A stretch of 64,000 nucleotides of DNA, from the NCBI RefSeq assembly GCF_009914755.1, contig NC_060942.1. One strand, given 5' to 3'. This DNA is from the human T2T-CHM13v2.0 reference genome, Homo sapiens. Each line of letters begins with the position of its first letter. The first letter of the stretch is position 1. Of the stretch, positions 39,018 to 50,620 are shown piece by piece. A program made the position numbers and the translations under genes. Under the pieces are notes generated by a model. The model did not search any database. It was not told where the DNA came from and worked only from the letters and a program-made list of their open reading frames with translations.

Positions 39018-39135
39018 TTTTTCCCACCAATATTTATTGAAGTTTAAATTGTGCCAGGCAATGGAGACACAGAAGTGTGCAAAGCCCATTCTTTTCATGG
39101 TGTTTAGATTCTAATGTGGAGAGACAGCACTAAAA
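39018..39135 (-). mobile_element. L2 3' end
   Basis: 'ccaatatttattgaagtttaaattgtgccaggca...ttcatggtgtttagattctaatgtggagagacag'. Confidence 0.7.
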
Positions 39136-41020
39136 TGACAAATATATCTGGATTAATGATAATTTAACTCAAAGAAATGAATCTCAAGTGGCGGCATTTA
39201 TGACATGGGGCAGAAATCAGGTGTTTCTAGCTCTGATACTAATCCTTTTTGTTCGGGTTATAGCATTATTCACTTCAGCAAAGTTGGGTGAGAAAGTACA
39301 GGGATTATTGGAACAGAGGCTTTTCTCAGACTGAGAAAATAAGCTATCCCATCCTCTGCCTGCTCCTCAGCTAGTTCAGTGGTTGATGTTTTATAGATAT
39401 ATTTTATGCCAAATTGAGCCTTGAGAGGAAGGCTAAATCTTCAGCTTAAAATTTATATGTAGAATCACAGTAATAATGTTTGAAGACTGAAAATTCCAGA
39501 ATAACCATACATGGAACTGGTCAGGCAAACAGCAAATTGTACCATCAGTGACCACTTGGAAACTTCTTCATCCTTCCTACATTCCTGAAATTTCAAAGAT
39601 AATAGAATGCTTGCTAGATCAAATAGTTTGACTCTGTTTACCAAAACCTGCTCTGGGTGTTCTTGGGAAGCAGTCATTCAGGGGAACATGGAGCTGTAAA
39701 GGTCAAGTTGAGACTTTGTGGGTTAAGAGGGTCAGGTTGGCTTTCCATGAACGTGAATATCTGCCAATTAAAAACAAAAGAAAATATTTCTTTCAAAAAC
39801 AATCTAAGTCCTTGAGGGAAAAAGAGATTCATTTACAAGTCATTATATTCAAAATACTTTATTTTCAAATTAATAAGACACTATAAGATAACACTTCTCA
39901 GATAGTACTCTTCGTCCTCCAGAAAGTCTCTCAGTGGAGACACAGAAAGGCGTGTGAGCGATGTTCTGCACATGGAAAAGTCCAGCATCAGACAATCTCT
40001 GCTAACTGCACAGTTTGGAGGAGACCTCAGAGGGAAAGGCACATTGAGAGAGAGCAAAGGACACAACTCCTTTCTCTTACACATGGCAGATCAATTCAGT
40101 GTCTTTCATTACAACCTGAAAACCAAATGTACATGTGAACAATAAACTTTAATCTGGTTGACAACAGTTTTTAAAAAACGCACTGAAAGCAAGTTTCAGC
40201 AGCCTGACATACTTTATGACACTTATTAAAAAGACACACTTGTAAGTCAATTAACCTGGCCAGTGGTACCTTTTAACTTGTTTTCTAAAAGGAAAGCAGC
40301 TGCAAAAGGGCAAAGTTTCAATCTAGAAGGCTCTAAGTTGATTTCTTTTCCCCTAAAGTGAAGGCAGCTACCTGAGTTCCAAATAATATATATATGTAAG
40401 CTCGCAGTTTACTTGCCTTCGACACCTGAAAAGTTCCCAAAGGAAGAGCTTATGGTTGCCCTTTCTTGGTTTTTACATTTTATCATTCAAAAAAGAATTG
40501 AGATCTTACCTGCAAAGAAATAAATGTAGGGTAAAATAGCTAAAATATGAACATTAAAATAGAGGGATTATGTGCATTATTTAGTTAGCAAACTTTTCTT
40601 GAGTTTGTACTAAATGTGTGTGTTGAGGGGAAAACACAAAAACAAACAAACCTGTGTACTTTTCTTGATTGTTTCTGAGGACATGGACTTTCCATGTCCA
40701 AGGCATTCCGAACCCCCATAAGTAAATAAAGCGTTATTTTTTAATTTTTTTTGTACTTTTTTAATTTTGTTTTTCATTTTCTTGAATTTTGTGATGTATA
40801 AAGTATTACAAATTTACAATATAGCCTTTACTCTCTAAAAGTGATTGTTTTAAAGGTGTAATAATCTTAAAAAATCAACTCATCATAATTGTTTAAGTTC
40901 TATGGATTTATGACAACAAAAATAGTAGCTTCCGAAAAAAGCTTGCTTAGAGTATTTCAGTAGCACACAGTTCTCCAAAGCAAAATAGATAAAATCTAGT
41001 ATATTTTGACCTTTAGGGAG

Positions 41021-41068
41021 CTATCTATCTATCTATCATCTATCTATCCTCTGTCTATCTATCTATCT
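41021..41068. repeat. Compound (TATC)n/(GATA)n STR
   Basis: Directly visible. Confidence 0.92.
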
Positions 41069-41715
41069 TTATCCTTTAATACTTCATCCTTTATACTCTT
41101 CATCCTTCATTCTTTTATATATGCACAGTGAATATGTATGTATAAAAACAGGAATAAGAGTTTCAGTGCTTTCTTTGCTAGTGAGCGTTCTGTTTTTGAC
41201 TTTCCATATATTCTTTTCCTTTTGACCAAGCATTAAGGAATTGGGATCGGAATGGCTCTGGCAGAAGAAACAATTTATTCCTTCACAGATTAAAAAGAAA
41301 GGGAGTATTGACCTACTTATTTAATAGTTGAGGCTTTAAAAACAAGAAAAGCAAACCTAAACAATTTATAGAAATTGAAGGGTAAGTAGGTCCCACCTCC
41401 TCATGGCCCTGTGATTTTAAGGTTCACAAATTCATGTCAAAAAGCTTCCTGATTGTAAGGTCTCTGCATCTATAAGTCTGGACCCCCTACCACATTTACA
41501 TTTATCTAAATCGAGGATATAAAACAATTTAGCTACATTCACATTTTTTTTTCACATTGCCTTTTTAAAGTGTAATTGGATTCCTAGTAATCCAAGATTT
41601 TGTGGCAAAATCAGTTGCCTGTAGGGACCCAATGTTGTTTACAGTTAACCCTCAGGGGAGGCCAGCACTAAATGAGTTAATGTAGATGTCTGATATTTAT
41701 ATTTTAAGCCAGTCA

Positions 41716-41854
41716 CTAAATTACGTTTCCCTCCTTTCCCCCACCACCTCCCAATAGCAAAATGAAGGAGTCATAGCTGGATCAAATGAGGTTTCACTTA
41801 CAAAGTATTTTTAATTTTCAGTGTGTAGAAATACATTAATGTAGACTTGAAGTT
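41716..41854 (+). repeat. Local direct repeat, copy 1 (paired with 45043-45187)
   Basis: 41756-41854 aligns without gaps to 45089-45187 with 8 mismatches in 99 bp. Weaker similarity extends about 40 bp further 5'. Confidence 0.95.
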
Positions 41855-42069
41855 ATTGTGAAATAAAGCAAACAATTTTCATATTCTGGAAATTGAAAGG
41901 TATGTTTTCAACTATTATCGGGATGATCTCTACTTTTAAAGTTTCCCGCAGAAGCAATGAAGGAAAAGATTGATAAATGCAAGTAGAAACTTCAGATTGG
42001 CAACAGACACTAAAAACAAATTTCCACAATGAATACAGATTTGGAGAAAATGCAGGCAACAATTTTAGT

Positions 42070-42900
42070 AGGCAAATGATGGATATCCCTAATATTCAAA
42101 GAGCTATTGATTGTGTTCATTGTAAAATACAAATCAATTACAAGAAGAAAAATAAACTCCATGAATAACAATAACATGAAGAGGCATGTCAAATAAAAAA
42201 TAAATAAAAATGTACATTAAGTATGTGGCTAAGATGCTCACTAATTAAAGACAATAATAAGATTACATTCTAAATTCTTTACATTTGCACAAATTAAAAG
42301 GGCAATTATATTTAACTTTGTCAAATAAAGGTTTCCTACATTATTGGCAAGTTAGTAACTTGTCAATCCTGTGTTGAAAGCAATTTGCAGTATCTGTTAA
42401 AACTTTACATACAAGTGAGAGTCAGGCAAATAATTCCACTTTCATTTGTCTATTCTTTATAAATATCTACAAAAATAGGTAAGAGTGTTCAACTCCACCT
42501 TCTTTGAAACAATGCAGAATTGGAGGCAACCTATGCGTCCATCAGTATGGGAAGGGTAAGCGGCAGTGTAACACATCCTCAGTGGGGAATGAATGGTCTA
42601 GAGCCACTTAACAGAAGGGTGAGATTTCTGCATGTGTTGGCAAAAGACTTTCATTATCTTCTAACAGTTCTGAAAATTGAAAAATAAAATTTTCTCAATG
42701 GTGCACTATACTATTTCTATGTAGAAAAACGCAAGTGCATACACATGTCCCAAAGGCTACAGAACGTACTCGTAATACCCGACACTTCAAATCATGAGAG
42801 CGTGCATGGGGATTCAGCAGCGTGATGGAGGATTACTTTTTCCCTATTGTTTAAATGCTTTGTTGAGTGCATATTGTATTTATAATTTTAAAAAATACTA
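42070..42900 (+). mobile_element. Very old L1ME fragment
   Basis: 'atatccctaatattcaaagagcta', 'tgaaagcaatttgcagtatctgttaaaac', 'aataattccacttt' and 'gaattggaggcaacctatgcgtccatcagtatggga'. Confidence 0.65.
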
Positions 42901-45042
42901 TTAAACTATTTTTAGGAATGTGAAAAGTGTGAAGAAAATTTGAATAGCTAACTCTCCTGTTCTTAAATCCAAATATCAATTTCTAAAGCTGCTTTTGTAA
43001 TTTTAGCAGTACCAAGATCCATCAAATCAACACCCTGTAACCGTTGGATATTATCTAATCAGCTGTGGGTATAGTTGCTCATTATTTTTTCTCGTAGAAA
43101 ATATGCTACTCAAAGATGAAAAGAAAAAATATCATCCAACTTTTGAGCACTATAGGTTCTGGAACACCATTATCAATAACTGAAAATAGAAACTGAGCAG
43201 AAGTTTCTATAACTCTACAGGGCTCTCAGCATTTTCCCAGCAGACATACTGTAGGTAATGCTCTTTCAGAGACAAAATATGAATGGGCAAAGGAATCTGG
43301 GTAGAGAAAATCAGTGAGGTGCTGTGCCTTGAAGTCTTGAAAGATAGATGGAGAAATGTGCAGAGAAAAGAAAGTATAAAGTGAGATAAACACCTCACAA
43401 GGTTTTTACAGAAATATTGCTAAGGAGAGAATGAACATCCCATAACATTGTAATGAACTTTTGTTCAAATATCTGATGTACTTTTGCAAAACTATCTGAT
43501 GTTCTGCTGAATAGTGATAGTGATAAAACATTTTGTTTTGTTGACGAACTCTTCAAGAAGTATGAAAAAACTCTCACAGGTAGCAATAGACACATGTCTG
43601 TGCTGTTACCAAAAAGTTAACATTTACTTCCTCATGATATTATGTTAGACACCTTTGAAAAGAGTTGTAGGTATTGCAGCTGCTGCTTTAAATAAGACAA
43701 AATAAAAATATAGTACAGAATAGTAACGTTGAAACTATAGAAATATTGGATAAAATGGAGTAATGCCTTTTGAAAGTTTATTTTACAAGATCAACAGAAC
43801 CAATTGCTAATAGACGCATGAAGAGGTGAAATGTGTTCACAGGTGTAGATAACATAACACATGCCCAGCAGAAATCCCTGAATGATGAAAAGTTGATTTC
43901 TGAATCAGACAATGTATGCTATTTTTTCCCCCTCAGAATGTTTACTTACAATTACAGAATAAAATAAATTGGAAATATTTACTTTAAAATGGAAAGAATT
44001 TTGTTGTCAGTTCATGCTGCTGCATATATTCAGATCTGAAAGTAAAAAAGTCTACAAGCTGGGGACACCACAACAGTATTTCACTAAAATGAAAAATAAA
44101 CTGCTCAATTAGAAAATTATGTTAAGGATAGACAGGCTTTGGAAATGCTGCGGCATACACACTATTTGTGCTGGGTCCACACTGCCACTCTTTTAAGCCT
44201 TCCTTTTGTAACTCTACATTTCGTATTATAAGGTTTTGGTTCCTCTAAATTCCACAGCATGTAAAAAGAAATTGTTATCTATTTAGAAATATATACAAAT
44301 ACACACACATATGTATGTATGTATATACACATATAAAGGAAAGTCACAGAAATTATTCTCGATTCTAACAAGATTAACCCTTTAAATTTTCACAATTTCA
44401 TAATGATAAAGTGAAGCCAAATGAGCCAAAGAAACACACACTTCTGATATTCATAGCTCAGAAAAATATACAATGTAAATACAAATACAGGTAAGGTGCA
44501 AAGGATAGAAAGACACGAAGAGTTGAATTGATTATTTTCTCTAAGATCTCTTTCAGTTTTCCTTTAAAAAAAACAAATAGGGCTTTCTGCATCTTGTTGG
44601 CAGTGTGGTATATAACAAGTCCCTAAAATGTGGAAGGCATTTTTTGAACTGAAGTTTAATCAAGAGCCCTTATTTATTCTGAAGCTTTTGTGTCGCTTGT
44701 GCCTGGGTAGTGTCACTGGCCACCTTCTGATGCCTATTGGGCATGTCTTCCTGCCCTGAAGATGCTACAACAGCACATTGTACTAGATTGTCTCCAAGCC
44801 AGAGCCAGCTGCTGGGCTTTAAATCACTTTGAAAGGATAAGGGCGACTCTCTCATGACTGCATCCAAGAGCAGCAATTTAAAATGCATAAAGAAGTGTAT
44901 TTGCACACTTAAATACTTTTCTGTGATTCTCAACACTAACAACTTGCCAGATGTAAGCCTAAAGTGAGTGAAACTTCTGAATTTGGGGAACAGAAAAACT
45001 GGGGACCATGCAGTTTTAAAAACACTTCAATTGAATTTATTG

Positions 45043-45187
45043 CTAAACTATGTTTTCTCCTTCCCCCCCTCCCCCGCCACCTCCCACCAGCAAAATGAAG
45101 GAGTCATTGCTGGATCAAATGAGGTTTCACTTACACATTATTTTCAATTTTCAGTATATAGAAATGCATTCATGTAGACTTGAAGTT
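45043..45187 (+). repeat. Local direct repeat, copy 2 (paired with 41716-41854)
   Basis: Shares 'agcaaaatgaaggagtcat.gctggatcaaatgaggtttcacttaca...atgtagacttgaagtt' with copy 1. Confidence 0.95.
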
Positions 45188-46001
45188 GAAAAAATTGGGC
45201 GATGTCGTTTGGAACCAAATGGGCCACCTAAGAAGAATGGTCAGATCAAGCCTGGAGCAGGTGTGAACACAAATGACAGTCCTGATTTCTAACTTCTCCT
45301 AGGCATAGAGAGTCTTTCTTCCCATGAAAACAAGAAAGAGCTCACCAGGTGGATTTTCTAAGCCCTAGTATGAGGGGGAAATAACCACAAACAAATAGTA
45401 CCAAACGTTTTGACAAATGGATGGCTTTGACGCCTGAGGTAAATACGAAGAGAAGGATAAAAATGGCCACAAAAGTAGAAAGGGACCCAAAATGAGTAAT
45501 GAAGAATGAAAGCAATCTGAAAAGAACACCTGCTAGACTGACAACAGAAGAGGAACAGGAGAGCAAAGTAAGATAAATGCTCATCTTGGAGATATGTAAG
45601 ATCGAAGGAAGGGGAAAGAGGCAGGTAAGAGCTAGTGATATAAATGAATTACACAGAAGCAGGCTTGTTTCAACACACACTTGAATCAATGCTATGCAAA
45701 GATCTATGATAACAGCAACCCCATTTTGTCGATACTCGAAATAAGCAAGAGTAATCAGGAGGAGTGATGGGAAGGCCTAGAAGTTGTGTGCATCTGTCTT
45801 TTTCTTTGCCAGCACTGTGGTTATCATTATTACAGTAAAGCCATAACTATTCAGAGTACACAGACATGAGTCATTCTGTATAGCTGAGTTTCCTGATAGG
45901 TGAAGGTCTGCCAATTTGAGGACTAAGTCTTTATGTTAAATCTTTAAGCTAAATCCTTTATTTTAATAGATTGCAAGCTACATCAATGTTATTTATGTTA
46001 A

Positions 46002-46036
<35 letters not shown>

Positions 46037-46038
46037 TT
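46002..46038. repeat. (TC)n followed by poly-T
   Basis: Directly visible. Confidence 0.95.
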
Positions 46039-46982
46039 GGCCCTGGCCAAATTAGACTCCAAAAGTTAATATGTAGGTGTGTTTTAGATGCTTACTAAAT
46101 CATTATAAGTGCTGTGACTTTATATTTTATCTTTCATTCAAGGCAGACTCAAGACTCAAGTGCTCTAACTCTAATATTTACTTTTCTAATCACTCGCCTT
46201 ATCCCAGGTCTCTTTGTAGTTTTAACTTTAAGAACCCTTAATTATATCATGTATTGTTATTGTTTCTTTGTTAAGTCTTACCATTCTAGATTTTTGTATC
46301 TTAGAGGAAAGAGATCACTATTTCATTAAATTTTATATAAAAAGAGAATTTAATAATTGTCTAATAGAACCAGATTGCTTTACAAATGAGGGAAAAGGCT
46401 CCCTGAGACCTTTGTTTTGCTGAATGCCATACGGCTAATTAGGGACAGATCTAAAACTAGTATCCAGGTATCCTTGAACCTTTCTTAATGGGTATCTACT
46501 ACTATAAACTATTAGTTCATATCTTAAAACTTCTCGTTTTGCCTCAGAAGGAAGGTAGTATAAAATGCAGGAATGATCCTAAGGTGTGGAAATATGTTCA
46601 GAGCTTTTATTATCCCTATCAGTAAGATGGAGACTATAGCAAATGACTCACAAGATTTGTAATATATGTACTAGGAAACTTAAGTTTGATCTGTGTTCAA
46701 CCTTAGACTTCTTATTGGATCGGAGAGGGGCATGGCTGGCTTAAAAAGGTGGGAATTTATTTCCATGTGACACTTGGTATCATTCTCATAAAGACTAATT
46801 TTAGGAAGACAAAGATGGGGCGTTCAAGAAAGGTTCAAGGATAGCAAGATAGGAAATAATCTTCAATTAATTATTTAACACCTGCCACTCAGCTATTCTC
46901 TGCCCCAGGTCTCATTGAATTATGTCTGAATTATAAAGGATGAGCTAACAGGGGGATACAACTAAAGAGATCTGTTTAACTA

Positions 46983-47011
46983 ATTTATTTATTTATTTAT
47001 TTATTTATTTT
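46983..47011. repeat. (TTTA)n microsatellite
   Basis: Directly visible. Confidence 0.9.
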
Positions 47012-47334
47012 GAGAAGGGTTTTGCATGTGCCAGACAACCTAAGCAGATTCTCAGCTCTGTGTCCACAGACTCCACCATGGTAGCAGGGGTGTCACGTGC
47101 TCAGCAGGTGCTGCACATTCGGCCCTGGGCATTAGTGTTCTCAGGTGACATTAGTGGCATTATTGTCCTCAACAGGAGCATCATTTTCACTGACAGGGCA
47201 TTGGAAGCCTTAGCAGCACATGCCATCACTTTTCATTGTTCATTCATTCTTCTGATATTAATTGGGCATCCTCCATAGGCCAGTCACCTGCAAGATGTTG
47301 TTAGTGACACTTGCCTTATTATTTTACAGTGTTG

Positions 47335-48020
47335 AGGAAAATAGACCAAGCAAATATTTGATAATAGTAGAGTATAATGATAAGGAATGTACAGGGCACT
47401 GTGTGAGCACATGGGAGGTACACCATATGCAGGCTTGGTTGTGGGCAGTGGGCACAGGGGCACCTTTCTAGAATAACTTAGTTTAAGTTGCAACCTAAGG
47501 ATGGTAGGAGACAGATTACAAGGAGTCTACTCTAGGTAGAGGAGAGAACGTGCGCTGGTACAAGATGAAGAGAGAATATAACATCTCTGGGCAACTTAAA
47601 GAAGTTAAGCATGGCCAAACTGGGTGGTATTAACATGACAAAAATAAGGGTGGAAGAGCAGGCAGGGGGAAAAACAATGAACTGTATCCTCAGAAAATCA
47701 GGCCATTACTAAAAGGCTTTAAAAACAAGCATGGCATAATAAGATTTATGTCTTTTAAAAGTAGTATAAATTTCATGTGGATAAAATAGATTGGATAACT
47801 CTATTAAAATTATTGCAGTCATCAGATTGAGAGATGCTCATATAGGAGGCTTTTACTGTGGTTCAAAACAGAAAAATGGTGACTTGGCATATAAATGCTA
47901 CAATGATAGTTTGGGGAAATAATTATAATTTGGATATATTTTAAAGTTACAGCTGATAAGACTAGCTGATCTGTTGGATGTCAGGTATGAGGGAAAGCTA
48001 GGAGTCAAGAAAGATGTTGA
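47335..48020 (-). mobile_element. L2 fragments
   Basis: 'cagggcactgtgtgagcacatgggagg', 'attattgcagtcatcagattgagagatg' and 'ttggatatattttaaagttacagctgataagactagctgatctgttggatgtcaggtatgagggaaag...ggagtcaaga'. Confidence 0.75.
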
Positions 48021-49430
48021 AAATAGGAATCAGTGTCTTTGATATGATTTTTTGGGCAGATAAGAGGTGGAATGATAGACCAAGAAATATAAACCAGATC
48101 AAGAGAAAAGTAATGACAAGAAGGAGATTGTTAGTGTGGGTAGAGATAAAAGCCTTAAAAGGGTCAGAAGTATTGTGAAGATGTTTGCAGAAGTAATTAA
48201 AGGAGGAAACTGAGAAGGTAGAAGGCTATGGCCAGAGGGTCATAGCCAGAGCTTGAAGGGGACACAGTGGGATGAATCACAGCAAGGTACTAACCCAGAA
48301 GACTGGACACCTCAGAACACATTGGTTGCTTGTCAGGGATTCTCAAACATAACTGAGAGTGCAGTTTAAGAGAGGAGATTTGAAGTTCTTCTGATTGTGC
48401 ATTGAGGTAGAGCCAGAGAAAACTGATTTATGTAATAATGGTCTTATCTTAACCCTTTTCTAGTATAGTCAGCCCATAGAGCACAGTTATTCATAAGCAA
48501 GTTTTCTGTTACAAGTGATCAACAACTGCTAGCCTCTTTTCTCTCTGCCCTTTTTCACAAAACGAAGTTCAAGGTTATGAATTCAATAAGCTATCAATAT
48601 AGCATTTTGATATAGGATTGATTGATTAATTGATTAATACTGAGAGATGAATGAATGTGCATTTCTATGGCTTGAAAAAGCAGTACATTTTCTCAGTCTG
48701 TCATTTTGGTTCATTATTGAGTGTCAAAAACTCATTGGAGGAATTTTTGTAGTCTTTATAGTGAAATGCACTTTTGGGATGGGTTAAAAATAGGCTTGAT
48801 AAGATATGGAATGTTGAATACGTCTTGATTTTTCATTTGAGAATTTCCATGTCAAAAATGTCTGTCTTGAGACTGAATGACAAGGCCACTGAAACAAAAG
48901 CCAACTTCAACTTCCTCCCTTTGCATCTTAAGTAACACAGAATGATTCGAAAACAATTTAAAACAAATTTTAAAGAAAAGATACTAAGCCATGTTTTAAG
49001 ATTCTAGGGCAAAAACAAGTGCTAAACACACATGTATGCACACACAAAAATACATAAGTATGCACACACGCACAGTCTTTCTAAAACACATACAAAAAAA
49101 AAACTTTAAAAAGAACTCCATTCTCAAATGCCCTTGGGAAGTTCAGCAATGAAAGGATTCATTTTCGTCTCCCAACTTTATATCAGATTCATCAAAGGTA
49201 GTAGTTGACCCCAGGCATGGACTCTGAGATGCTGTTCAGCACTGTTTTTAAAATTTTGTTTTGTTTTCTGTGTCTGGCTTTTTCACTTCTAGATTTTTCT
49301 GCAAACCCTGACTTGCCATTTCAGATCATTTCTTCTGCATGGAAAACTTATTGAGGAATAGCTAATGATCAACCTTTAAATTTCTCCATTACAGAAAGTA
49401 TCTAAATGTCTCCAAAGGCCAGAGAATAGT

Positions 49431-49620
49431 CATAATAGTTAATATTTTTGATCACTTATTACCCATTAGGCAGAGTTCCAAGGACTTGACATAAATTTTC
49501 TCTTTTAATCCTCACAACAACATCATTAAGTAGGTATTATTATTATCTTCATTTTGTAGATGAAAGCTGGCAGGATGAAATATGTAAAATATTTTTCCAA
49601 GGGCTGATAGAGCCAAAGTC
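49431..49620 (-). mobile_element. MIR
   Basis: 'tttaatcctcacaacaacatcattaagtaggtattattattatcttcattttgtagatgaaa'. Confidence 0.85.
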
Positions 49621-49869
49621 CTCCATATGTCACTCTTGTAAAAGGGCGTCTTTACATTAAGAAGCCACTAATCTAATTTAGACATGTTTGAATTATAGTT
49701 TCTTAAAGCTCCCAAAGTCTCAGTTATTTCTGCATAAACTAATAAAGTGCTACTCAGTATAAGTGTCAATTGTCAGATTCAAACTCAATCACTATGAAGA
49801 TTATTGAGATACCAGATTCATTGACTCTGCCATCACACAATGCATAATCTAGTTCTGGAAGCTCCAGAG

Positions 49870-50100
49870 CTAAGTGATTAAGAGTACAGGCTTTGAGGCA
49901 ATACACATATGCTTCTGATGGAACTACTATCATCAGGCTATGTTGAGGCCACTGCATTTTCTTAGTAAGCCAAAAATTATCTTCTTAAACAGGATTTATA
50001 AATTTTAACCACAAGCTGCCATTGTAAGAATGAAATTAGATGATGTACATAGAACCTTTTGCATAATGTCTGGCTTTTGTAAACTGCAGCTATTGTTATT
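49870..50100 (+). mobile_element. MIR
   Basis: 'agtgattaagagtacaggctttgaggca' and 'ttgtaagaatgaaattagatgatgtacatagaacctttt gcataatgtctggc'. Confidence 0.65.
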
Positions 50101-50620
50101 GACACTGTTGTATTAGATACACTTCTAAGAACATAAGCAATAGTACACGACATTCTGTGATAAATTCCAAGCTACTGGTATGTACGGTACATGTTCCACA
50201 AAGCCAAGCTCTAATCCTCTGTCTTCCACAGAGTTCTCCCTGAGGGAGTACATGGTACAATTTTAGGAAACGCTTGTAAAGGATGAATGAATTGAGCGCT
50301 CCCCATCTGAAATGATTTTTCCCGTGTCTGAGCTTGTATCTGTTTAATGTCCATACTGTCTTGTTTTAGGTCTTAGAGTCACATTGTGCTTTTCAATATT
50401 TTTTTTTTATTTTTTTATTATACTTTAAGTTCTTGGATACATGTGCAGAACATGAAGGTTTGTTACATAGGTATACGTGTGCCATGGTTGTTTGCTGCAC
50501 CCATCAACCCATAATCTACATTAGGTATTTCTCCAAATACTATCCCTCCCCTTGCCCCCCACCCCCCAACAGGCCCCAATGTGTAATGTTCCCCTCCCTG
50601 TGCCCATGTGTTCTCATTGT

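Noticed and set aside
40679-40699. 9-bp hairpin ggacatgga-ctt-tccatgtcc
   Set aside because: Isolated and near chance expectation. Too short for a pre-miRNA.
43486-43620. Protein-looking + frame AKLSDVLLNSDSDKTFCFVDELFKKYEKTLTGSNRHMSVLLPKS inside the bracketed segment
   Set aside because: Only 44 codons, with a stop just upstream, no good acceptor, and no family I recognise. A BLASTX of 41855-45042 would settle it.
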